Below, piece after piece: positions 13,050 through 24,154 of a stretch of 64,000 nt of DNA. Numbering within the stretch: the stretch's first letter is position 1; each line of letters opens with the position of its first letter. The notes beneath the pieces are model-generated. The model searched no databases. It was not told the origin of the DNA and saw only the letters and a program-made list of their open reading frames with translations. Made by a program: the position numbers and the translations under genes. This DNA comes from Mobula hypostoma (Eukaryota): NCBI RefSeq assembly GCF_963921235.1, contig NC_086108.1, positions 95,790,001-95,854,000 of the forward strand, in the 5' to 3' direction.

Positions 13050-13297
13050 CAGTGGGGGAAAGTCAAGGGGAAGGAACGTCGACTCAGACCATGAGAGGCC
13101 TGCGTCGAGCATTTTCATGCCTTACAAGGCACAAATTGGAAGTCTGTGTGGGGCACCACTCCTTGCACATAGACACTAGAGCAATGTGTGGTTAAGTGCC
13201 TTGCTCAAGGACACAAACACGCTGCCACAGCTCAGACTCGAACTAGCAATCTTCAGATCACTAGACGAACGCCTTCACCACTTGGCCACGTGCCCAA
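13050..13297 (-). mobile_element. tRNA-derived SINE with CORE-like domain
   Basis: Minus strand: A box TGGCCAAGTGG, B box GTTCGAGTC, TGTGTCCTTGAGCAAGGCACTTAAC; related head at ~47630-47927. Confidence 0.75.
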
Positions 13298-13974
13298 CAC
13301 TGTGCCTATTCACAGTAAATACAAAAAAAACTATAGAATCAATGAAAAACTGTACACAAAGACAAACAACCAATGTGTAAAAGACCACAAATTGTGCAAA
13401 TACATGCCCAAAGATAACAAAATAATAATAATAAGTAATAAATATTGAGACCACTGTTATAATTCTCAACTAGAATTATTCTTTGGTTAGAATTTTTTAA
13501 TTTCTGAGTATTGGGGGGGGGGGGAAATACTTCAATCACTTGGACGGTCACTTCTGATATTCCATCCTTCATCTTCTTGTCAAGCTAGCCCGAGATCAAT
13601 TCTTTACTTTCCATGAGTATCCAAGGACAAAGAAATCACAAAAAAGAACTTTGAACAGTTCGAAAATTAATATTTCATCCACTGTAAATTCTTTATAAAT
13701 CAGGACGGAGGCTCACTATATCCAAACAGCAGGATAAGAAAGTGCTTCTGCAGATGGTGCAATGGTCAGAATGTTATGAGGCAAGTTTCCTTTGCTAGCA
13801 ACAAAGTTCCAAGGACATTTGCTTCTAATAGTTGCCACAGAGAGTTGCCTTCCTATTCGCATGAAGTTTTACATCCGATCTTCATTATTTATTAACAAAA
13901 CAGACTGGATATAAAAAAAATGAATACATTAACATCCTCAAAGAATATCACCATAAAAACAATCTCTACTTGGG

Positions 13975-16830
13975 GCTCACCACAGAAGATCCATGGGAGA
14001 GACTACTTCTCACTCACCACATGGAACGTGAAAATACTTGCCCTAGCACAGAAACTGCACGAGCTGGAGAGGTACACTTGGCACTTTGTAGGACTCTGTG
14101 AAGTCAGGTGGAGAAACCTCTGAACGTCTTACTGAAGAAGGCCACATACTATACTACAGAGGAGAATTTGACAAACATGCCAATGGCGTAGGATTTCTTG
14201 CCAATAAGAGCATCAAGAACTCAGTACGTGGGTGCCACCCAGGATCCAGCAGGCTTATTTCCCACTGCCTTGGAGCAGCACCTTTTAACATCACAGTAGT
14301 ACAGGCCTACGCACCAACAACTGACCATGAAGATGACCAAGTGGAGGAATTTATTTTACACCCAACTCCAGGGCATTATTGACAAGGTGGACAAAAAGGC
14401 CATTCTAATCATCCAGGGGAATTGGAATACCAAGTTGGGTAATAGCTGCACTGAAAGGCTGGAAGGAATTCTGTGGCCCCTCCTGTAATGCTGTAACCAA
14501 CAAGTGAGGATTACGCCTACTTGAGTTCGCCAGCTGCAACAACATGGTGCTTGCAAACACCCTTGGAGAGCACAAGGCAACATAACTCTGGACCTGGTGC
14601 CCACCTGATAGAATACAGCATAGCCAGATCGATTGCACACTGATACAGAAAAGGTTTCGGTCTGGGATCAACAGAACCACAACAAGGATGCTCCCAGGTG
14701 CTGATGTTGGAAGTGACCATAACCTGGTGATAATGAACTTCAGAATCAGGCTGAAGAAAGTCAAAAGTCCAAGAACATCAAAATGAAATTCAACTTGGAC
14801 AGACTGAAGGTCCCCTTCATTGTTGAATCCTTCAAAGCTACAGTTGATGAAAAATTTGCACCACTGGTGACACTTTGACAAAGATGCTGAAACATTGACA
14901 GCTAAGTTCAATGAAGTGATGACAGAAACAGCCACTGAGATACTTGGAAAACACAGTCAGAAAACCCAACCCTGGGTAACAGAGGAGATCCTGGAAATGT
15001 GTGACACTAGAAGAGACCTGAAGAAAACTAAGAATACAACAACAGGAGCTATAGCATACATAGAGATCAACAAGGTCAGGAAAAACATGATCGAGGCCAA
15101 GGAAGAATGGACTGAGAGACAGTGCACAGAGATAGAAGACAGCCTGAACAAGAACAGCAGACGAGCATTCCCAATTGAAAAGGACCTCCCTAAACAGTCA
15201 CGAGTCAGCACCATCCAAGACAAAGGATGAAACTCTCTGACAGAAGATGAAGACATTCTCAACAGATGGACCGAGCATTGTTCAAACCTTTACATCCATC
15301 AGACCCAAGGAGACCCCAACATACTCGCAAGCCAGGACTTGTCAAACATTGACAACTTTCCAATTCTACAGGAAGAAGTAGAAGCAGCCATAAGATCGCT
15401 GAAGAATGGGAAAGCTGCAGGAATAAACAACATCATGGCTGAGCTGATAAAGCATGCAAGAGAGACAGGGATGGACGTCCTCACCAATATATGCATCAAA
15501 ATCTGGCAGACTGGGGAATGGCCGACACCCTGGACAAAATCACTCATCATCACTCTCCCCAAGGAGGCCAGTGCCAGAATTACAGAACCACAAGTCTTAT
15601 CAGCAATGTAAGCAAAGTGATGTTGAAAGTCATCTTGAACAGACTGAAACCACAGGCAGAAGATATAATCGCCGAAGAGCAGGCTGGATTCAGAAGTGGA
15701 AGTAATACAACAGAACAGATATTCAACCTCTGGGTACTGTGCGAGAAATACAGCCAACATCAACAGGACATCTTCCACGTGTTCATAAACTTAAAGAAGG
15801 CTTTCACTAGGGTGTGGTACAATGCACTCTGGGCCACAATGAAGAGATACAACCCGGGCCAGAAGCTGATCCAAACCATCAAGCAGCTCTACACCAAAGC
15901 TAGCAGAGTGGTACTTGTTCAAGGCACAGTTAGAGAGTGGTTCCACACATCAATTGGAATCCAACAAGGTTACCTCCTTTTGCCCTTGCTGTTCAATATT
16001 TTCCTGGAACAAATAATGACAGATGCCCTGGAAGACCTTATCGGCACAGTCAGCATCAGAGGACAGATCATAACCAACCTCAGGTTCACCGATGACATTG
16101 ATGAATTGGCCTGCCTCGTGAACCGTCTGGACGATACATCTAGCAGACATGGCATGGAGATCCGAGCACAGAAAACTAAGCTGAACAGTGAGGAGTCAAT
16201 CTCGACAAAGATCAGTCAGTGGACAGACTGTCACATGGCTGAAGTATCTTGGCACCATGATCAACCAAGAGGGATCAAAGCCTGAAGTCATTGCAAGCAC
16301 AGCCCAAACAACAGTAACGCTGGCTAAACCAAAACTAATCTGGAGAGACAATAATGTCATTCTCAGATCCTCCTGCATGCACTTGTGCTTTCCATCTTCT
16401 TGTATGCATGCAAATCATGGACTTTGACAGGAGAACTGCAAAAGAAGAAACAGGCAGTAGAAATGAGATGCTTCAGAAGGCTCTTCAGCATCTCCTATAC
16501 AGACCATGTCTCAAACAACAAAGCACGAAGAACCATCACCCTGCACGTGAGACACTATGAAGACCTACTGTCCACAGTAAAGAAGAGGAAACTGAGATGA
16601 TATGGTCACATAACAAGATCAAGTGGACTCTCAAAGACCATTCTTCAGGGAATGGTGCAGGGGAAAAGGAAAAAGGGCAGACAGAGGAAGGAATGGACAG
16701 ATAGCATTGCAGGGTGGACTGGAGAGAACTTTCCCGTGACACAGCCACTCGCCCACAGCCGTGAGAGATGGAGGTAACTGGTGCAGCGCTCATCTGTACA
16801 GTATCCCTACGACCCAGGCAAGTTGCATAA
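13975..16830 (+). mobile_element. Decayed near full-length RTE-clade LINE (APE + RT)
   Basis: TWNV, GLCEVRW, QAYAPT, GSDHNLV, CQNYRTTSLIS, EEQAGFRSG, NLRFTDD(FADD), RTE C-terminus; many stops and frameshifts. Confidence 0.9.
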
Positions 16831-16914
16831 CTAGGAACTTTCCTTAAGTTAATATTTTGGTCCACAAGATGCCAGTCACAGAAAATTGGGTTACAACGAA
16901 GCTCACTTTTAGAC

Positions 16915-17260
16915 ACCGGAATCAGAATCAGGCTTATTATCACTGACCTATGTCCTGAGATTTGTTTTTTTCCTATGTGGCAGCAGTACAGTGCAAGACA
17001 AAAAAAAAGTTACAATAAAAAATAAAATAGAGCCAAAAAAAGGAATAGTCAGATAGTGTTACAGGCTTCATGGACCATTCAGAAATCTGATGGCAGAAAG
17101 GAAGAAGATGCTCCTAAAATGTGGAGTATGGCTCTTCAGAATCCTGTACCTCTTCCCTGATGGTAGGAATGAGAAGAGGTCCCAGATGGTGAGAATCCTT
17201 AAAGATAGACTTGAGGAACTGCCTTTTGAAGATGTCCTTGATGGTGAGGATGCTTGCACC
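16915..17260 (-). mobile_element. Rex1/Babar-type 3' fragment
   Basis: [22 protein letters not shown] remnant with (CTGATT)n tail. Confidence 0.7.
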
Positions 17261-17889
17261 CCATCAGGGTCACTGGATAGAAATCAGAAGCTGAATTTCA
17301 AAATGGTTTTCCCCTTTCCACATCCGAAACCCACAAAGCAATGCGTTGCAGAAGTAGTTAGTGTTAGTTGAGACTACAAAATCCAAGGATTAAAACTTGG
17401 CAAGACATTCTTGCACATGATCAATGGGCCACATGGCTCAAGTCCTACGGTCTTATTATTTCAAGAACAAAAGCAAGTCCAAATCATCTTCTAGCCCTGG
17501 ATATTCAGTCGCTCACTGGTGGCCATTTATCAATTATCACTCCATTCAAGTTTATGAAGCCTACTTCAACATAACAGCTATACCATTTCTATCTGTGCTC
17601 CAAGTTTTACACATTTCCTTTCATCTTTTCTATTTTCTGTCTACTGCCATCATCTCTGTTTTGTAAAGCCCTCCATATTCTGCTGAAGCAAAGGTGCTTG
17701 GGGTTGGAGAGGTGATCATTGCTGTATTAGTGCCTTAGGCTTTTATGTTTAATATTGTACATAATATATTATCCAATATCATGATATCAACAATGATTTC
17801 AAAGGAAGTCATTTCCTAGCTACCTAACATTTCTTCTAATATAGCCAAATGCCTATAATTTAACTGCATGTCCTCTTTTTCCTCTCTTT

Positions 17890-18360
17890 AAAGTTCAAAG
17901 TAAATTGTATTATCAAAGTACATATATTAATTTTCTTGTAGGCATACTCAAAAATCTATAGAATAATAACTATAACAGACTAGGGTGTTTAACCAGAGTG
18001 CAGAAGACAACAAACTATGCAAATGCAAAAAGAAATAACAATAATATTAATAAATAAGCAATAAACATCAAGAACATGAGATGAAGAGCCCTTGAAAGTG
18101 AGCCCATTGATTGTGGGACCATTTCAATGATGGGACAAGTAAAGTTGAGTGAAGCCATCCCCTTTTGTTCAGAGCCAGATGGATGAGGGTTAGTAACTGT
18201 TCCTGAACCTTGTACCTTCTTCCTGATGGCAGCAGCAAGAAGAGATCGTGTCCTGGGTGGTGAGGGTCCCTAATGATGGATGCTGCTTTCCTACGACAGC
18301 ATTTCATGTAGATTTGTTCAATGGTTGGGAGGGCTTTACCCGTGTTGGACTGGGCCTGAT
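17890..18360 (-). mobile_element. Rex1/Babar-type 3' fragment
   Basis: KAASIIRDPHHPGHDLFLLLPSGRRY (ORF 18068..18433) with (TGAACTT)n-like tail. Confidence 0.75.
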
Positions 18361-18524
18361 GGAATGTTCTGACAGTCCTGTCAATATGGTCTGTATCATT
18401 TTTCAGACAACCCATGGCAACAGTTAACCTCATACTGAGTTATGTTCCCATAACATTTAGCCGGATACTGTGGATTGTGACTTGGTGTGGAAAAGAATTT
18501 TGGTGGAGTTATTTGAAAAAGTCG

Positions 18525-19095
18525 CAGAGATGAGGTAATGTTGCAACTCTATAAAGCTCTGGTTAGGTCACATCTGGAATATTGCGTTCAATTCTGGTTG
18601 ACTCACTATAGGAAGGATGTGGAAGCTTTAGAGAGGGTGCACAGATTTACCAGGATGCTGCCCAGACTACAGAGCATGTTTGATGAAGACAGATTAAGTA
18701 AAATAAGGCTTTTCTCTTTGGAATGAAGGAGGACTTGATAGAGGCGCACAAGATAATAAGAGGCATAGATTAAGTGGACAGCCCAAAAATGGCTAATACA
18801 AGAGTGCATAGTTTTAAGGTGACTGACGAAAGTATGGAAGAATGCCAAAGGTAGTTTGTTGTTTTTTTTTCCATACAGAGAATGATGTGTGTGTGGAACA
18901 ACCTGCCAGTGGTGGTGATAAAGGCAGATATACTAGGGACATTAAAAAAAACTCTTAGGTAGTCACTTGGATGATAGAAAGACAGAGGGTTATGCAAGAG
19001 GAGAGGGTTACATTTATCTTAGAGAAGGTTTAAAGGTCAGAACAACATTGTGAGCCGAAGGGCTTGCACTGTGCTGTAATGTTCCATGTTCTTTG
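18525..19095 (+). mobile_element. CR1 LINE 3' fragment
   Basis: MLQLYKALVRSHLEYCVQFW..LERV..FTRMLP (ORF 18538..18726) and CR1 3' end. Confidence 0.85.
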
Positions 19096-19393
19096 GTTGA
19101 TAATGGGAAGATGGTAATTGGAAAAGTCACATTAAGATTGAAGGCAATGAATAAAAGTGGCTTAGCAGAATTTAACACAAAACTGGCTTAGAAGATTGAG
19201 AAGAGGTGGAAAATTGGAACAAGAACAGAGATAGTGAGATTATGATACAGAAGGAAACAGGGCATTTGGCTCAAAGTCAGTATCAAATCACCCATTTACA
19301 CCAGTGCAAATCAAACCCCTATTCTCGCCACATTCTCATCAGTTCTCCCTAGAGTTTAATCACTCACCCACTAGGGTATTTTACAATGGCCAA

Positions 19394-20060
19394 TTAGATT
19401 AGATTAGGTTAGATTGAGGACACGCAGTTCTCTTTTATTGTCATTTAGTAATGCATGCATTAAGAAATGATACAATTTGTTCCTCCAGAATGATATCACA
19501 GAAACACAAGACAAACCAAGACTAAAAAAACTGACAAAAACCACATAATTATAGCATATAGTTACAACAGCGCAGAGCAATACCATAACTTGGTGAAGAA
19601 CAGACCATGGGCACGGTAAAAAAAAAGTCTCAAAGTCCCTTGAAAGTCCCATCATCTTACGCAGACGGTTGAAGGGAGAAACTCTCCCTGCCATGAGCTT
19701 CCACCTTTCCGATGCAGCATTCTGGAAGCACTGACCACAGTCCGATTCCGAGTCCGTCCGAAAACTTCGAGCCTCCGACACCGAGCACCGTCTCTGCCGA
19801 GCACTTCGACCCCGGCCCCGGCAACAGGCAATAGGCAAAGCTGAAGATTTGGGGCCTTCCCCTCCGGAGATTCTCGATCACACAGTAGCGGCTGCAGCGA
19901 AGTGGGCATTTCAGAAGTTTCTCCAGATGTTCCTCCATGCTTCTCACGTCTGTCTCCATCAAATCAGGATTGTGCATGGCCCCTATTTAACAAATACGAT
20001 ATCATTTCACCGGAGAGGCCGCGCGCACTGCATCACGCCATCTTCTCCTCCCCTCCCCTG
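19394..20060 (-). mobile_element. Non-autonomous, non-tRNA LINE-tailed retroelement
   Basis: GC-rich body starting GAGAAGATGGCG, GACAATAAAAG signal and (AATCT)n tail; splits a V-SINE (19360-19393 and ~20061-20190). Confidence 0.65.
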
Positions 20061-20803
20061 AAGTGACCAGACTGCACACCTTTGGGAGGTGAGAGGAAAG
20101 CAGAGCATCCAGAGAAACAGAGAGAACATGCAAACCACATCAGCGCTCTCGGTCAGAACGGAACCCAGGTTCTGGCTCTGTGAGACAGTGGCTCCCATTG
20201 ACCTGGGGGCAGGTATGCCAAGCTTGCTTAAGGTGGCAAGGTTGGTTGAGAAAACAGTTAAGAAAGCATTTAGGATTGTGCGCTTAATTACAGAAGCAAA
20301 GAGACAAAAACACCTAGCACATGATTAAAGCACCAGCCTGGCCATAACCAGCATCGTATCCAGTGCTGGGCACTACAGTTCAGGAAAAGTTTGAAGGCTT
20401 TCAAGATAGTGCTGGAAAAAAACTGCCAAAATGATTCCAGGGATGACATACTTTGGTTATTGGATGAAATAAATGAGGTCTAATGAGAACTTGATTGGTC
20501 CCTTGCACCAAAAACAAGAAATGCTGACAAATAAAACATTATCGCAGAACGATAACTCGTTTCTTTTTCAACAGATACTGCCAGACAGGCCAAGTGTTCC
20601 AGCATTTCCTGTTTTTATTTCAGATTTCCAACATCTACAGTCAGTTATTCTCTTGGTTGCTGTTTTCAATGACACGTGCATAATGATTGGCATGGGCATG
20701 GTGAGCCATTTCTATGACATAGGGCATGGTGACTCTGTGAATCTTGTTCTCGTGTTGGGTTAAGATGTAGAATTGTCATTCTTCTGGTAGTATAACTTCA
20801 CTA

Positions 20804-21018
20804 AAGAAGAAGAAGAAAGCCCTTAGCTCCGAGTGGACTCATCGGGACGCCGTCATGACGGCATTTTTTTTAAAGCAGGCTTTCTTATTTTTACGAGGCT
20901 GAGTTGCTAGTTCGACGCTCAACCCAGCACGGATGAAAAGCATGCAAGGGAGCCGGCTGGACTCAAACTCGGGAGCCTTCGCTCTGAAGTCCGGCGCTGA
21001 TGCTACTACGCCCCCAGC
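20804..21018 (-). mobile_element. tRNA-derived SINE with (TTC)n tail
   Basis: A/B-box-like head, (TTC)n tail, TSD CTTCACTA (20796-20803, 21019-21026). Confidence 0.8.
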
Positions 21019-21554
21019 CTTCACTATCTTTGGTAATAAATTTTATAGAATCGTCTACACACATGTAAATTTTCTAATGATTGTAGTGTAGCTGATTCTA
21101 TTTTTTCCAGTAGCTTCTCAGTTTTTCTGTGGCAAACCACTTGAATCTGGCTATTTCATATGTTGTCAATGGATTGTGCTTTATTTCTAGTCTGACTGAG
21201 AGATGATCACAATTTATTCATACTTTGCTCTTATAACACTTAATAAAATGACCATAATCTCTGCTTTATGTCTCATTCATAATTTATGAAGAACCTCTCT
21301 ATTGGTATCACCAGATCCAATAGATGTGACTTGACTGCTAGTTCAGAAAAAAAACTAGTCATGCTTGTACGCTTGCCTAGACACGTACTTCAACAAGGAA
21401 TATGGCGAATCAGAGCCACCAGGGGAAACAGTTCAGAGTTGACCAAAGTCAAGATATACTTGATCTGTTTCAGACACTTCACTCCCCCTTTGAGATCTAC
21501 CCATCTCAGGGCATGGGCCAATGACAGATATCACTCTCAAGGCTATGGATACTT

Positions 21555-22215
21555 TAGGATTCAGATTCAGGTTTAACATTGTTGGCATATGTCGTGAAAT
21601 TTGTTGTTTTGCAGCAGAACAATGCAATACATAGCATCAAAAGCTATCAATCACTATAAAAAAGTATATAATAAAAAAAATTAAATAAGTAGCGCAAAGA
21701 GAAAGGGAAAATACTGAGGAAGTGTTCATGGATTCATTGTCCATTCAGAAATCTGATGGCGGAGGGGAAGTAGTTGTTCCTGAAACATCGAGTGTGTGTC
21801 TTCAGACTCCTGTACCTTCTCCTTGATGGTAGCGATGAGAAGAGGGCATGTCCTGGGTGATGGGGGTCCTTAACGATAGGTGCTGCCTTTTTGCGATATC
21901 GCCTCTTGAAGGTTTCCTGGATGCTGGGGAGGCTAGTGTCCATGATGGAGCTGGCTTGAGTTTGCAGCCTTCTGCAGCTTTTTCTAATTCTCTGCAGTGG
22001 CCCCTCCACACCAGATGGTGATGCAACCAGTTAGAATGCTCTCCACAGTACCTCTGTAGAAATTTGCGAGTGTCTTTGGTGACGTACCAATTCCCTTCAA
22101 ACTCCTGATGAAATATAGCCGCTGTCATGCCTTCTGTGTAATTGCATCGATATGTTGGGCCCAGGATAGATCTTCAGAGACGTTGACACCCAGGAACTTG
22201 AAAACTGCTCACCAT
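21555..22215 (-). mobile_element. Rex1/Babar-type 3' fragment
   Basis: KKAAPIVKDPHHPGHALFSSLPSRRRYRSLK..FPSAIRFLN (ORF 21734..22009). Confidence 0.85.
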
Positions 22216-22359
22216 AGCCTTTTATAAGTTTATTTCCCACACCTCTGCTCTCAATCTCAGACAGACCTCGCCTTCTTCCCCAGTTTCTGCATTCAACAAA
22301 CAACTGTTTACAATAACTGTTAGCTGCAAAAAAAAACAAATCCATCACTGGCACATATT

Positions 22360-22800
22360 CCCCACATTTCAAAGGGACCACTTTGTGATTCCCTGGTCAC
22401 TCTTTCATTCCCGCCTACTGCTGTCAGTATTGTGTAGCACTTTCCCACGCAATCACAGGGGCTTTTTCACCTCTCCCCTTACCACCACCAAGGGACCAAA
22501 CTGGCTCTCTACATTAGTCAGTATTCACTTGCACTTCTTCTAATCTCGTGCCCTGCAGTCGGAGTTCACAATGCGGTCTTCTCCACGCTGAAGAAATAAA
22601 ATGCAAACTGGGTGATTGCTTTGCAAGGCGACTATGTTCAATGTGCAGGAGAGACCCCAAGTTTCTAGTTGCCTGCTGCTTTAGACCTCTCTGTCTGTGG
22701 CATCCTGAACTGTTAAAAGGACCAACACAAGCCTGAAGAGCAAGCCCTGCACATAACAGCTTGCCGGACTCTGTATTGAATTCTCCAACTTTAAATAGCT
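22360..22800 (+). mobile_element. Decayed Penelope-like GIY-YIG fragment
   Basis: CSRSSQCGLLH.EE.KCKLGDCFA..L resembles intact copy at 52111-52692. Confidence 0.65.
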
Positions 22801-22859
22801 TATAGTTTACTCCTTCTATTTGTATCCAGACAGGTCATTTCTGCTTAACATTCCTCTCT

Positions 22860-23145
22860 TCTTTATTTATCACATGTACATCAAAACGTACAGTAAAATG
22901 CATTGCTTGTGTCAAATTAAATCAGCGAGGATTGTGCTGGGCAGCCTGCAAGTGTCACCAGCATAGCATGCCCACTGTCACTAACCCTAACTGTGTGTCT
23001 TTGCACGTGGCAGGAAACCAGAGCACCTGGAGGAAACCCACCTGGTTATGGGGACAACATAAAAACTCCTTACAAGCAGCAGCAGGAATTGAACCCTCAA
23101 CTTACAGCTGGCTACTGTAGAGAGTAGTGCTACCACGCCACCACC
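22860..23145 (-). mobile_element. tRNA-derived V-SINE
   Basis: 'ggaaaccagagcacctggaggaaacccac' V-domain; B box GGGTTCAATTCC on minus strand. Confidence 0.7.
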
Positions 23146-24154
23146 CTGCATTGCCCAAACTTCACCACATTAGCAATACAGTACCCAATTTTGGACCCAC
23201 CACCCATTTAGAACATGCATTGACCATAGTGCATAATTAAGGCACTTCGGCCCACCATCTTCTGCTAACTCTTTAACCCTACTCTAAGATTGATCTAGCT
23301 TTTCCATCCCACGCAGCCCTCCATTTTTTTTTCATCCACATGCCTGTCCAAGAGCCTCTTAAATCTCCCTCATTGGTAGGGTGGTCCACACTCTTTAAAA
23401 AAAAAACCTACCTCTGCCTCTCCTGCATACTCTCTTCCAAACAACTTAAAGTTATGCTTCTCATACTAGTCAAACAATACCTTTATTCCACCCACTACCC
23501 TATTTCACTTTCCACTTTCTCTGTCATCACTGCCAGGTATGGAAACACCAATGCCCTTGAACGGAAAACCCTACAAAAAGTAGAGGATATGGCCCAGTCC
23601 ATCACGGGTCCTCCTTTCCACTGAGCACCAACGCAGGAAAGCAGCATCCATCATCAGCGACCCCAAACACCCAGATCATGCTCTCTTCTCACTGCTGCCA
23701 ACAGGGAGATACAGGAGGCTCAGGAACATTTATCACCCTCCATCCAGTGGATAACTTCACTTGCCCCATCACTGAACTATTCCCACAACCTAAAGACTCG
23801 CTTTTAAGGACTTTTCATCCCATGGTCTCAATATTTATTGCTTATTTTTTTTTCTCTTTTGTATTTACACAGTTCGTTGTGTTTTGCACACTGGTTGTCT
23901 GCGCTGTTGGCTGTGGTCTTTCATTGATTCTATTATGGTTTTTGGATTTACAGAGGACGCCTGCAAGAAAACGAAACTCAGGGTTGTATATGGCGACATA
24001 TATACACTTTGATAATAAACTTTCTTTGAACTTTGAACCTGCATTGACTACTTTCCCCCAAAGATCAAGGACCTTTGTTTGATATTGGAATAGGTTTATT
24101 ATTGTCATACGTACCGAGATACAGTGAAAAGTTTGTCTTGCATACAGATCAAAT

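Noticed and set aside
13220-13297. tRNA gene
   Set aside because: tRNA-like head continues into SINE body and is multi-copy; no complete cloverleaf
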